Assembly: GCF_009914755.1 (NCBI RefSeq)
Contig: NC_060926.1
Strand: one strand, 5' to 3'
DNA: 64,000 bases
Origin: the human T2T-CHM13v2.0 reference genome, Homo sapiens
Part shown: piece by piece, positions 27,866 to 42,130 of the stretch
Numbering within the stretch: the first letter of the stretch is position 1
Layout of the letters: each line of letters begins with the position of its first letter
The notes under the pieces: model-generated
Told to the model about the DNA's origin: nothing
Database searches by the model: none
What the model saw: only the letters and a program-made list of their open reading frames with translations
Position numbers and translations under genes: made by a program

Positions 27866-29014
27866 ACAATGGGAACATAGTGACTTCTCAGTATTATCCT
27901 CTCCCTGACCTGGTGGCATTTAGGTTTTAGCCAAAAGGTGCTTGCTCACAAGCATTTCTGTGTTATCCTTTAACCCCTTGTTTGGGCCTTAAATGGCTCA
28001 AACAAATGCAAATAAGGTGCAGTGAATATTGCTAAACCTTCACTATGCGCAGCCCATAGTTGCCACAGCTGTCAGTGGAGGTAAAATTTAGTAATTGATC
28101 AGTAGTTAATAAAGAAATCATACTACCCAATTTAATGAAGCACCTGTTAACCCAATCTGGTGTAATTCTTTGCATTCCAGACCACAGTGGAACACTTGGG
28201 AAGCAGCAAGGCTGAGTAAAAATAAGAGTATGTCAAACAAACTTTCACAGACTTTGAGCTATTATTGAGGAAAAATATAGGGCCTGGGTGTGAGCTGGGT
28301 CACGATGAACCTCTGCAGAAGGCTCAACTTCTAACCTCTGCAGAGCATGCCCCAGGCCTGTGCCACATTATCTCACATGGGAGCCCTCGCTGCTGTTGTC
28401 CCTCCCTATGGTCGATGGGGACAGTGAGGCACAGAGGTCAGCGACTTCCCCAGATCATGTGACTGATAACTGCAGTGCTTAGGCATGACTGCAGGGCTCT
28501 GTGGGGAATGCAAGGATGGTTTGAGTCCAGTGTTAGCCTGAAGGACCAGCAGTGAGAGGGTTTCAGTGACTGTGATGGGTACAGCTCACTCTGGTGAGCC
28601 AGCGTTTCCCAGGCGGGTAGAGGAAGGTTGGGAAGAAAGAGGCTGTGGGCAGGTTCTTGAAGATCTGAGTGGTGGGGTTGGCCAGAGGATGGGGCTGGCT
28701 GAGAACAGATAAAGGTGTGAACCATCTGGGAGGCTGGTTATTTAATGTGGTGCCCAGCCTGTCTCAAGAGTAACACGTCATCCAGGGAAGCTCCCTCTCA
28801 GGTGTCCTCCTGCATGGTATTGCCAGAAAGAGACCACAGCCATGGGCGCCTTGCTAGTTGATCTTGAGAGTGGCTGAGCTGGGTCAGTATGAGAAAGGTG
28901 CAAACGATGGGCCTCGTGGGGTCCCCTGTGCTCATCAGCATCAGTCACATGGGGGTACGTGGCAGAGATTTGGGGGACACACATTTGGCTGGGATTAAGA
29001 AGCTCAGATTAAAG

Positions 29015-29220
29015 CGATAGTTCTGGGAGAGTTGCTTCCCCACCCAGGGATATTAAATAATGTCTGGAGACATCTTTAGATGTCACAGCAAGGGGTGGGG
29101 GGTGGGGGGAGGAGAAGTGAGGGGAGAGGGGTAGTTAAGGTGGCCACTGCACTGGGCCCAGGGGAGCTTGCTGTGATGGACGTAACCACATGGACAGAGA
29201 CCTGGGCCAAAAACACGAGG
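29015..29220. mobile_element. Diverged MER20-like fragment
   Basis: ccaggggatatt..aatgtctggagacatctttagatgtcaca. Confidence 0.5.
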
Positions 29221-29461
29221 CACATCTGAGGAATGAAAGTAAGAGGTGCTTTGTTTTCTGCTGCTTCTGTGTAAGAAGGGATTTGGAAGGCCAGGCAATT
29301 TTCCTGTAAGTCACCTGAGCATGTGTTGTACTGGGTGTGCTGCAGTGTTGTACTTAGAAAGGGAACACTTTCCTCTGTGACTGGAAGTGTCTGGTGATGC
29401 TGAATGCTAAGCTGGGCCTGGGGAGTTGACCGCCCTCAGCACCACCGCCCATTCACTCGTC

Positions 29462-29762
29462 CTTTCTTTTCTTTTCTTTTTTTTCTTTTTGAGACAGAGT
29501 CTCACTCTGTCACCAGGCTGGAGTACAGTGGCGTAATCTCGGCTCACTGCAACCTCTGCCCTCGTGAGTTCAAGCGATTCTCCTGCCTCAGCCTCCCAAG
29601 TAGCTGGGACTACAGGCGCACACCACCATGCTCAGCTAATTTTTTTGTATTTTTATTAGAGATGGGGTTTCACCATGTTGGCCAGGATGGTCTCGATCTT
29701 CTGACTTCATGATCCACCCACCTCGGCCTCCCGAAGTGCTGGGATAACAGGTGTGAGCCACC
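29462..29762 (-). mobile_element. AluS (Sc-like), followed by a short (CCAT)n at ~29800-29830
   Basis: Antisense Alu with ggccaggatggtctcgatc. Confidence 0.93.
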
Positions 29763-30148
29763 TCAACTCATCTTTTCATTCACCCTTCTATCTGTCTGTG
29801 CATCCAACCATCCATCCATCCATCCATCCCTTCCGAGCTAATGCAGAGATGCGGGTTTCTGTCTATGGGGGATGGGGATGCCACTTGACACTTCCCTTGA
29901 GAGCAAAACACGTTGACTTCAGAAGATACAGGGAACACAGAGAAAATTACAAGCAACAACATAAATCACCCAGATCTCACTTCCGGCAGCGAGTTTCTGT
30001 TTGCCTTTCTTTTTTTTTTTTTTTTTTTTTTTTGGTATATAGCCTTCTCATGTACCCAAAGAAAATTGAGACTATGCTATACTATTGTTTGGTAAAATAC
30101 TTTAAGACTTAATATATTCACATTTCTCGTATTTTAAAATCCTCTCCT

Positions 30149-30448
<300 letters not shown>

Positions 30449-31759
30449 TTAATGGCTGCTTGGCATTCTGTCATCCATAGATCAGACTTTAATTAATCAG
30501 TTTCACCGTCATCTGTGGGGTTATCTTGAGCTTTTGTGTCTGGCTTCCCATCTGTCTTCTCAGGATGAGTGACTGGGCATAAGTTGCTTTATCGACATGA
30601 GTGAGCATTGATATTTCTGCACACGTGCTTATCTCTCCTGCCCTCCAGGGGCCCAGTGTCATTCACTGGGTGCCGTGTGTCAGGCCCCCTCCCCTGCTTT
30701 TTCATATGGGTGTAGTGTTATCAGCATTAAAATCCCTCTCAGGAAATTAGAGGCAGTGCCACATTAAATCTGTAATGAATTATTTTAGAATGTTGGTTTT
30801 AGGTTGAACGACATCAAATGGTTGATATTCAACCAGTTTTTTTGGTTCTTCCTGAAACGCAGCAAGACTCTTGGTGGGTCCACTGGAGCAGAAAGCACTG
30901 TAGGTACCTAGTGTCTTGGGTCCTATCAACACCACCTACATAAACATTCTGTACGGAAGTGAGACACAGGCCCTAATTCTGGGGCCCTGGCAGATCTCCA
31001 TGGCCCAGGGTGAGCGGGGGCAGACGAGAGCTTACAGGGTCTTGGATTACCTGTGTTCAAGGGTCTAAGTGGCTTATGGTGTAGCCAAACCCTTGGTGTG
31101 GGGCAGGGAGGTTGCAGGAGGAAGAAAGTTGGATGAGGTGATTGTTTCCATGTAACTTGTATCAGACCATGGCCCTGAGTTCATTCTACAGAGTCTGGGT
31201 GCTTGCTGGGAGTGAGGTGCAGTTCCAGAAGCCAGGGGATTGGGCAGGGGGCTTGGTAGAGCAATAAATCAAACAAAACAGCAGTCCCTGTGCCTATTTT
31301 AGTCTCGTGGGGTACGGGTACAGGCTGTCCCTCCCAGGCCAGTGTGCAATAGCCAGGTTCAGGCCTCTGGGCAGGTGAATAGGAAAAGCTGCCACTTCCC
31401 TCTTAAACACCAATGTTAGTTACCACAGCATCTAGCATGCTTCTGGCATAAGCTTGCCTTCAGGGAGGCTTTATTGAATAGGTAAATCATTCTTCCACCC
31501 CTCCATGATCTTTGCAAGCAAACATTCCTGAAAGTTTTGAGCAAAAAAGATAGGTATTATTACGAGTAATTTAGATGACTGTTGTTTCCACAGTGAAGTA
31601 CTTCTGGGAGAAAGGGAGGCAGGACTGGGGTGCTCTGGGGGTCCCCTTTGGTGTGCAATGCTGCCTTTGGGTTCCAGTTACTTTTTTAAACCCATTTTCC
31701 TGAGTGACTGAGTCATACCTGGTGTTGTTCTGGGAATCGGGGCACATCTGGGAACGGAG

Positions 31760-32390
31760 TTTGTTCACGGAGCTTACCTTCCAGAGGGAGCCAGGAAATA
31801 GACAAGACCTAAAGACAAAGCTGATTGAGGAAAGTCATGTGCCCTCAAGAAAACAGCAAAACCCGCTGAGCAGGGCTGCAGTGGCGAGTGGTCAGATAGA
31901 CCTTTCTGGAGCAGTGACACTGGCCTGAGATCTGGGTGGCAAAAGTTATCAGCCAAGTGACGTTCTGGAGCAGTGCTTGCCTGCCAGAGGGAACAGCTAG
32001 TGCAAGGGTCCTGGGGCAGGAACAGTTCCGTTGTGCACCAGGAAGGAGCAAAGTCAGGCAGGGCCTCGGGGCCTAGTCAAGAGGTGAAATTTTGTTCTGA
32101 ATGCAGCGAGATGCCCTTGGAGAGACTTAATTTGCAGGGTGCCCTAAGGAGAATGGTTTTGTTGGTGGGTGGGTGGAGGGAGTGGAACCAGGGAGCCCAG
32201 GAGGGCGCTGCAGGGCACTCAGATGAGTGATGGTGCACACAGCCGGGAGCAGGTAATAGAGAGAGGAGATCAGACTGGAATACACTGGCGATCACACTGA
32301 CTGGACACAGTGGGCTGGATTGGGGGCAGAAGAAAGGGAGAGATGCAGGGAAAGCCTCTTGTGTGAGGATGATGGGCTTGACGGTGGGAA
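31760..32390. mobile_element. L2 fragments
   Basis: ggagcttaccttccagagggag, gtgcaagggtcctggggcagg and agatgcccttggagag. Confidence 0.5.
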
Positions 32391-32397
32391 GGGCGAA

Positions 32398-32700
<303 letters not shown>

Positions 32701-33179
32701 AGGGAAGGGTGAGTTCTATTGTCACCACTGTTTCTGCTGCTGCTACCTTCTCAATCTAGAAGGTGGTCCATTCCATTCCTCCTTTTCCAGATGAGAGATC
32801 TGAGGCCAGAGTTCCCAAACTATACTCTAAAGATTCTTAAAAAAAAAAAAAAAAAAAAAAATCTTTAAAAGAGACAAAAGCAAGTTACATGTTCTATATG
32901 GAAATGTTTTTGTAAATGATATTTGAATTGATTATTGATCAGATTATGAGAAAGAAACTCAAGCTGGAGCTTGTGGACCCCCCGAGGGAGAGCCACCGAA
33001 TCTAGGAAGATTCTTCTTTGCGACATAAGAGAAAGAACGGGAAAGGCAGTGAAACAGACACCACTGAGCTGGGCAGACTCTGGCTTGCCCTGAAGCAGGT
33101 TTGTAGGAATGGGTGTCTTTAAAACAAGATTTTAGTTACTGAATTGAAAATGCCTAGATATAGAAATAAGTGACTTCTT

Positions 33180-33470
33180 GACCAGGTTCAGTAACTCATG
33201 CCTATAATCCCAGCACTTTGGGAGGCCAAGGCAGCAGATCACTTGAGGTCAGGAGTTCAGGATCAGCCTGGACAGCATGGTGAAACCCTGTCTCTGCCAA
33301 AAAATACAAAAATTAGCCAGGCGTGGTGGCGCGTGCCTGTAATCCCATCTACTCAGGAGACAGGGGCAGGAGAATTGCTTGAACCCAGGAAGCAGAGGTT
33401 GCAGTGAGCCGAAATTGTACCACTGCACTCTAGCCTGGGTGACAGAGCAAGACCCTGTCTGGAAAAAAAA
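33180..33470 (+). mobile_element. AluS
   Basis: Alu body; TSD aaataagtgacttct. Confidence 0.95.
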
Positions 33471-33904
33471 GAGCAGAAAAAATAAGTGACTTCTCTTTTG
33501 CAGCAATAATCTCCTGAAAATATAATCGGAAAAGGAGACGGCATTCATGGCGATGACAACATCCAAACCCAAATTTAAAATATCATAATGTATTAAAAAT
33601 GTTTTCTGCAAAGAAAACATTTTGAGTCCTCTTCCGACTACTGCTGTTACTACTACAGCTAGTAGTTGTTGGTGGTAGTGCTGGTGTTACCCAACAGTTA
33701 TAACATCAACCCTAGAAGAAGTGCTTTTTGTGTACCTATTATCTCATTGTGTTTTCATTGTTTCCATTTTGCAGCTAAGGAGTCCTTTCAAGGGCAAGTG
33801 ATTTTTGTCCTGAGCCTCCCAGCTGGTGATTGGTAGTGCCAAGGCCCCAAGTCCATCAGCCAGACTCTGGGCAGAGTGTCCCACCCTCATAATCTTGACA
33901 CCAG

Positions 33905-34105
33905 GGAGGGGCAAACTGTAGTCTGCCTCCTATTTTTTATAAATACATTTTTGTTGGAACATGATCCTACTCATTTATTTGTATCATCTACAGCTTTTTT
34001 TGGACCACAAGGGCAGAGCTGAGTCTTTGTGACAGAGAATATATGGCCCCACAAAGCTTAATTTACTCTCTGTCCCTTTACAGGAAAAGTTTGGCCGTCT
34101 CTGCC
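33905..34105. mobile_element. MER58A
   Basis: ttttgttggaaca...ggcagagctgagt...tgtgacagaga...ccctttacaggaaaagtttg. Confidence 0.8.
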
Positions 34106-34296
34106 CTACACTGCTCTGGGACTCATATCTAAATCAATGGGGACCCAACCACATTTGTGGAAGAAAAGATGGAATAGTATAAAGATGTCACTTCTTGTAA
34201 AGCAGTACCCAGGAAATCCCAGTGGGAATATGTTTTTGCACAAATGAGATGGTGGGAGACATTTTATTAAATTATTCTAAAGTTTATTTGGAAGAG

Positions 34297-34601
34297 GGCC
34301 GGGTGTAGTGGCTCACTCCTGTAATCCCAGCATTTTGGGAGGCTGAGGCATGTGGATCACTTGAGGTCAGGAGTTTGAGACCAGCCTGGCCAGCATGGTG
34401 AAACCCTGTCTCTACTAAAAAAAAAAAATACAAAAAATATTAGCCAGATATGGTGGCACATGCCTGTAATCCCAGTTAGGAGGCTGAGGCAGGAGAATCC
34501 CTTGAACTTAGGAGGCAGAGGTTGCAGTGAGCCAAGATCATGCCACTGTGCTCTAGCCTGGGTGAAAGAGTGAGACTTTGTCTCCAAAAAAAAAAAAAAA
34601 A
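34297..34601 (+). mobile_element. AluS
   Basis: Alu body; TSD taaagtttatttggaaga. Confidence 0.95.
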
Positions 34602-35237
34602 ATGATAATAATAAAGTTTATTTGGAAGAAAAAAAAGGTAAAAATAACTGATGGGACTTTGAAATAGAATAGTGCATAGAAGCCAGACCTTCCATGTAGT
34701 CCAACACAGCAGAACTATCATGGTTAAATAAAGGTTGATATTGTGGTAAATATAGGCAAACTAATGACACAGAACAGCCCCGATTCAGACCCTAGTGTCT
34801 GTACACATTTAAAAATGCATTAAGATGACATCACATGAGTCAGAAGGGGACAAATTGTTCAGGAATTCATGCAGGAGTAATTGCTCATCTGTTTGCTAGT
34901 TAATTTTGTAACATCCCTCCCCGAGAAGCAAAATAAATTCTTTGTACATTAATGTCAGTCCACAAACCTTTTATTTTTAAGTAAAGGAAAATAGATGTGA
35001 ATGTTTATTGAATTTGTCATCAAGGGAGGCCTTTCTGTGCATCAAGGGGAAATGACAAAGGAAAGATTGATATGATTAAATAATTGAGACTTTATCAAAT
35101 TACCAAATGGATTAGTGCAAGCAAGCACAGAGTGGGGGAGATATTTGCAGCCGACCTGCTGAGATTTTAGGATGTAATTGAGCAGAAGGTGCAAAATGAT
35201 AATCCACAAGGTAGGACATAAGAAGTAGTTGCTACTT

Positions 35238-35498
35238 GGCCGGGTGTGGTGGCTCACACTTGTGATCCCAGCAGTTTCGGAGGCCGAGGCGGGCAGATCA
35301 CTTGAGGTCAGGGGTTTGAGACCAGCCTGGCCAACATGGTGAAAACCCGTCTCTAATAAAATACAAAAATTAGCCAGGTGTGGTGGCGCACACCTGTGGT
35401 CCCAGCTACTAGGGAGGTGGAGGCGGCAGTGAGCCAAGATCGTGCCACTGCATTCCAGCCTGGGCGACAGAGCGAGACTCTGTCTCCAAAAAAAAAAA
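35238..35498 (+). mobile_element. AluS with a right-arm internal deletion
   Basis: cccagctactagggaggtggaggcggcagtgagcc lacks the usual gaggcaggagaat..cttgaacc segment; TSD agtagttg(c/a)tactt. Confidence 0.92.
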
Positions 35499-36211
35499 GT
35501 AGTAGTTGATACTTGAACTATTTCTGACTAATGGTCAAAGGAGGGTGGATTGAAATGTTGAAAGCGGGTGAATCGAGACATTGACGGCCCATCCCCTCGT
35601 TGTCAGATAAGCAGGGCTTTTCTTGACCTGCTAGTTAGGGGTGAGAACTGGACACCCGCCGCTGTTGAGAGGATGGATTGTCACAGTCTTCCAGGACTGC
35701 TTTTGGCAACCCTTCCTACTCTACTTGAAAGCAGTCCTAAGAAAATAACCCAAAATATGGAGTATGATTAGATACAAAGATGATCACTGCTGTGCCACTT
35801 ACACTAGCAAAAATGTGGCAGTCTTGCTGGGAGGAGCAGGGTCAGGGTGGTGCTCCCTCTGCAGAGTTGCAGTTGGGGCCTGATGGGTCTGGTTGGGCCC
35901 CACTCCTTGACCTTGTCCCTCCTCACATCTTTCTAGCCAGTAGCCCATGTCTCCTACTTAGTGGAGTAATAAGGCCAGGAGAAATAGGTGTACCTTTATT
36001 TTCATGTAACGGCAAAATGACTTTCCCCAAATCACAGAGCTGGAGTTGGGAATCCTGGAGTTAGATCCACCAGGATTAGTACACAATTAGAGGTGCTCAG
36101 TCAAGTATCTGAGAGTGTCCAGAATCAGCTCAGCTGGCCTCCTTTTCACTTGCTCGTAGCATGGCCTTACAAAGTTGCAAAGACCTGCTGGAATCAAGGC
36201 CTCATATTTCA

Positions 36212-36512
<301 letters not shown>

Positions 36513-38510
36513 GGGCGGTGGGGTGGGGGGTGAGAAGAATGGAAATTCATTTTATAAAAAGCGTTTTTGATTGTAGAAAAATCTTAGGAAAATTAAGAAA
36601 ATTTTGAAGAGGAAAAGAGCTCTCCATACACTTGCTACCTAGAGATAAAGTTAGCATTCAGTGTGGAATTTACTCTTCTTTTTCTATAAAAGGTATTTTT
36701 TTGAAAACAAAGTAGAAGATTTTATTATACAATCTGTGGATTTAAATTTTTAAATATTATGTTGTATGGATTTTCCATTCTATTAAATAGCCTAAGAAGA
36801 ATTGTAATGGCTGCACAGCTGTTTCTGGAGATTCGGTGCCCTCAAGCTCTGTGTGAGGAACTAGGTTGCTCCCATCTCCATGTCACCAAGCACTTTATCT
36901 ACGTCTTTGATTTCCTAAAGACGGGTATATTGAGGGACAGTGGGAGGGGAGGAGGGACAGGAATTCTGTCCCCTCTCATTTTCTTAATAAATATTGGTCA
37001 AGGATGGATTTTTCATTGCTTTTTTGCTCTAGATATCTCGATTAGTAATTGATGGACATGTGAGCTCTTCAGTAAGGAAATTCATTCATTCATTCACAAA
37101 TTGTACTCATTGCTTAGAGGCCAGATTCTTGATAAACTGGTGGTTAAAACTGCAGTTGCTCCCTTTCTTTGTGGCTGAAGGTCTGGCTGAGAGGCAGAGG
37201 CTAAAACAATAAACTAACGAGTGACACCTTGCAAAGTCATCTCTCCTAAGCGACGCCCTGAGGGCCCATCCACAGTTTGCATGCATGGGGTTGGCAGGTC
37301 AGGCATCCTGGGGTGTGTTGGCGCTTTTTCAGCAGATCCACTGGGTGGGCTTTGCTTTCTGCTTGTGGCTTTTTGCAACGACTGTGGCATCCTCATGGCT
37401 GCTTTGGCTTCAGGGCTCCACTCACGTCCTCACAGTATGAAATTCCTTGAGCCTCAGACATGGCATGTGTGTGTCACTAATGAGAACTGTTGGTAGAATC
37501 AGGAACAGTATTAAACCCTAGAAGCCGCCTCCCCCTCTCCAGCCTCTTCAGATCCAGCATTTTCATCAGGGAAAGCCCCTTTCAATAAAAGTGAGGCCTC
37601 AGTTTTCTCATCTGTAAGATGTATGTGTGGGGCTGGCTAGCTCTGCGGTTTTCAGAATGGCACCTAAGATGCACTTTAAAACATTCCTTTGAGTTAATGT
37701 GTACTAGAAAAGATCTATCAAGTTGTAAAAAGCGGGTTGATTGATAAAGAAGTATTAATAACAGTTGATTTTTTTTTAAAGAAGATGGTAAGTCAGTGAG
37801 TAGTGTTTGGAGGGCACAAATCCTTCCAGTGCCGAAGCTTTGCGGTCTTAAGTGGCAGGTGGGAGCCGGGAGTCTGAGTACAACCCTCTGGCCAGCCCCA
37901 GTCAAATGAATGGGCCTCTCTGCTTGCTGCTCTTAAAACGTCTTCAGAGATAGTTGCACTTTTTATTTCTGGTCACTGGCTGGGGACCAGAGCTTGGAAG
38001 TATTTCTGGTCTGGGCTGATCACAGGGTCCTGCTTCACAGCCTGTTTGCTGTCAGCCATCTGACACGGGCGGGCCAGCCTTCCCATGTGATTCAAGGGGG
38101 CTGACAGCAGCCCATTGCCACAAATGTCTGCCTAAACCCCAGGCTTGATGAGCACTTGACAGGTACACACTGGTGTGTCTGTGAGCTCTTCATGATTCTC
38201 AGCGGCAGGGTGAGGGCGGGGAAGGAAGATGTAGGTGAAGAGCTTTGACCCAGGAGCGCACTAGGGAAGCGAGCCAAGGTGTCTGCGGACTTCCAGTCCC
38301 ATCCACACCCAGAAGACATGGTGGGGGCCCCCACCCCTCTCCTGTGGCATTGGTTTCATGTGTGTGTCTTTCCAGCTTAATGATAAGCAGCCGAGGGAAG
38401 GTCCGGGTCCTGCTTTCCCTTGTGTATTTACTGGTCCTGAATGCACGTGATGCTGAATTAATGTCTGAGCGCAACAGTCATCCGTGCCACAGATGGCACC
38501 AAGCACCAAG

Positions 38511-38991
38511 CTTCGGAGGCCCCCGCAGTCTGTGGGAGACAATCCAAGCTTGGGCTGGGCACTGCGCTCAATGCTGGAAAATTATAAAGACAGAGCAGCC
38601 AAGTCACCAGCTTTCAAGGAAACGAGTGTAGTTAGGGAACTAAGAAAAAATAACAAGCATGATGAACAGTGCGATGCCTGGGATAAAAGCAGTAAATGCC
38701 TAGAGATGATGACGGGTGTCCAGGAGAGCTAGGAAAAGAGGTGGACTTCCATTTGCAAAGGCAAAGGCACTGTTTCAGGGGGTCATTCTCCAATCGGTAG
38801 GTTTTGATGTTATAGAAATGGGGAGCCCTGTTGGGTCTTCAAGAAAGTGGGTGGGAAGAAAGGCACAAGGTCTGGAGATGTTTTGGAAGAAACAGTAGCT
38901 GTGTTTGGTGAGTGCATGGGATGTACGGAGGAAGGTGTGAAGAATCTGGAAAGCTTAGAATGTCTCCCACAGACTGTGGGGGCCTCTGAAG
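38511..38991. repeat. 41-bp inverted repeat with a 399-bp spacer
   Basis: 38511-38551 matches the reverse complement of 38951-38991 at 37 of 41 positions. Confidence 0.9.
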
Positions 38992-41689
38992 AGTCTGAAG
39001 TAATGGTTGCTTTGAATGCAAGGAGATTCTGGGATCTGTGCAGTGTGCTGAGAACAACCCTACAGAGGGGATGGGGGAGGGATGGGGCCAGGAATAGAGG
39101 AAGCAGAGGAGAGGGGAGGCAGGAAAGGGAGGAGGCCAGGTAAGAAGCTCAGGCCTTGAAGAGGGATTCACACGCCCTCCCCTCCTCTTCCTGACCTGTC
39201 GGGGGATCCCCAGCCTCAGATGTTCTCAGTCTGGCCAGTGAAAACATCTGGAATCATGACTCCAGCCGCGCTAGCCATCTCACTTTTTACAATAAAAACT
39301 GAGCAAGCAAGGAACACCTAGTGACGACTCATGGCCCTTGTTTTCCCCGCATCTCTGGAGTCTGAGTCACCAGCTTGGCACCCACAGTTAAGCCTTGAAT
39401 GTGTGCAAGTTATAACCCGGTGTCTGGCACAGAGAACCTTAGCGCTCCTTCCCCTCCAGGTCTTCCATTCTTTTGTTGATTTGTCTCCAATACGGGTTCC
39501 CTCAAAACCAACTCTCTTCCATTTATTTCTGTCCCTAGTTTTGAGCACAGAGCCTCGTTGCTAGAGCCTGGCACTCCGTAGATGTTCACTAAGGTGACCT
39601 CTGTGCGTAGTCCCAGGTAGATGTGGCACCCAGGATATGCCCACCTTTCTCAAACTCAGACTGGAACGTGTGGTCCTGCCCTCGTTCCTCATTTTTTCAC
39701 CCTGTGGCGTGGTCTTGGCTCTGAATAACCGCTGCTACCTCCTAAATTGAACTCAGTTGTTTAGGGAAATGCACCCAGAGGGGCACTGTGAGTGAGTCTG
39801 ATCGGCTGGCGTGCCTGTCGGTGGCTGCCCATGCCTTCCGATGGGCCTTGCTGTTTTCTCCCCCAGGAAGAGGCAGCCCGCCCGAGCCCCAGGCAGCATG
39901 TTCCTCCTGTGCCCTGGGTGCATTAGGCGAGATCAGGCACGTTCAGGGTGATATGACGATAGACAGTGCTCCAGGAGCATTAGGAAAGGTTCTGCTGATC
40001 AGGCTTCTGTAACAGGCGGGGCATCTGCTAAGGTGGCGGGAAAGGTTTGGATTTCACTGCACCTGGGCTGGTCCTCGCCCTGAGTCGTAGCCTTGCATTC
40101 CCTGCCAAGCCACGCCCAGAAGCATCCTGGGAGGGACACCAGTCGGGTGTTGACTCTACTTGGGCTGTTGCCCAGACCAGTCGGATCAGGACTAGGAGGC
40201 AGATTTCCGTGATTTTGCCTTTGGAGTGAGAGAGGAGGCTGGGGTGTTAACCCCGTGGTCTCCTCGTGGTCCCATCAAGTGACTCTGTGAAAGCCAGGAG
40301 TCCCTCCCACCCACCCCAGGCCCCGAAGGCTTCTCCACTATAGCAACGGGGTCCAAAGCTCGGGGTGCTGGGTGTCAGGCCGTCAGTAACAGGAGGACCG
40401 ACCTGCTGGGGCGGAATGTCTGTGGGTTTTAGGGTCCTCCGGAATGCACTCTTGCTCGCGGAGGGAGATGAGCAGATGTGATGAGTTGCCATCGACAGAG
40501 CTGGTGACAGAAATTACAGAGAGCAGGTGGAATCTCCCGCTTTTTGTTTTCTAACCCGGAGGAAATCTGATGAAATCAACATGATACTCCAGAAATTATC
40601 ATCAAACATGGAGAATGAGTCATTCTAAACAGGGCACACAGGGAATTGGCAGGGGAGGAGCAAGGGCAGCATTTATGCCTCGATCCCCTCCAGGCCAGCT
40701 GCTTTCCTTCTGCAGCGTTCAGGTTCGTGGCCGCAGGAGAACGGAGGAGAACGTGAACAGTCTGTGCGCTCAGCCTGAGGTTTCCCTAAGACCTTCTCCG
40801 CCCCAGACATGCTCTTGTTAGGTTGGTTTTTCTGGATTGGTTTGTTCTCTAATTGTTCCTTGGGGTAGATCATTGGCAGAGGCCACAGGGAGAATATTCT
40901 GTGATCTGGAGTCTATGCGTGGCGTGACGGCAGCCGTAGCGGAGGGGGTGTGTGCGGCTTCTTGAGTTTGCCGCCGGAATCTGTCAGTGATTCCTTCTGT
41001 ATGCAGTGATGTTGTCTGTTCAGACGCTGCCCTCTTGGTTCCTGGGGAGGAGCCAAGAGCAGCCTCTTTTGTCTCTGGATGAATCAGCCTTTGCACAGAA
41101 AAAGGAAAAACTTATCAGTTATGAGCTCAAATGCGCCTTCCTGTCTTCCTAGACCTGACCCCGGCTGGGAGGTGAAGAGGTGAGATGGAGCCTGCTCTTC
41201 TAGGGGGTCTTGAGATCCAGTGGTGGCTGTCCTGCCCAGGGTGGGCCCTGCAACTGCAGGCTGTCCTGGAGAAGTGACCACTGGGACCTGCTGAGTAGAC
41301 GGTGGTCAAGCTTGTTGGGCTGTCCAGGTAAACCCGAGGTGCCCACCAAGGGAACCTGTTGGTGTTTTGAGAATGTGTGGCTTAGGTTTCAGGAACAGAG
41401 TAGAATTCCTAAATTCAGTCTCCTGAGTATAATCCTATCACATCAGCCATTTGGCTCCCTTAAAGATTATCCCAGAGATACCTACCGAGTTACCTCTGAA
41501 ACAGTCATCTTTGTTGAAACCGAATTCGTTCATTCATTCGGGTTTGAGAGCCAACCATGCACATGACAGGAGCAGAAAAAGACAAACAGATGGTCTTATG
41601 TCCTGGGAATGCTCAGATTCTCATGGAGAAATTGGGCCAGGGACAAGTCTGTGCATGGTGTGTCTAGCGGTGGTAAAGGGCAGAGAAAG

Positions 41690-42130
41690 AGGATGGGGTG
41701 AGGGCCGGTTGTGTTGACATTTGAGCAAAGACCTGAATGAAGTGAGGGGATGAGAGCATCTCGTGTCTAGGCTGGGGCCTTCTGGGCTGAGAGCACTGCA
41801 TGTGCAAAGGCCCCGTGGTGGGAGGGGCTTGGTACCTGGGGAACTTCATGGAGACCAGAAGAGTCAAGTGGAGGAAGGCAGAGAACAGCAGGATATGGGA
41901 CAGGGGCTGATGATGTTGGGCTTCTAGGGCACTGGAAGCTGCTGATGAGAGCCCAGGAGCCTTTGGAGGGTTTCAAACAGAGTCTGGAGGGTGTCTGACT
42001 GACTTTTCAAAATGTTCCGGCTGCTAATTGAGGGGTGGACTCCAGGCCGCAGGCAGGCCTGCTGGAGAGGAGCTGATGACTGTAATTGCATCGAGAGATG
42101 ACGGTGGTGTGGATGTGCTGGGGAGAGGTC
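41690..42130. mobile_element. L2 fragment
   Basis: gacatttgagcaaagacctgaatgaagtgaggg, catgtgcaaaggccc and gagcctttggagggtttc. Confidence 0.7.

Larger units (their letters stand above)
34150..35820 (+). mobile_element. Old L1M ORF2-derived fragments interrupted by two Alus
   Basis: aaagatgtca, attctaaagtttatttggaag, caaaggaaagattgata and gggagatatttgca resemble degraded L1 ORF2. Confidence 0.6.

Noticed and set aside
32839-32861. Isolated poly(A), and poly(T) at ~30010-30033, as retro-insertions
   Set aside because: No convincing TSD or attached body; simple homopolymer expansion is enough to explain them.
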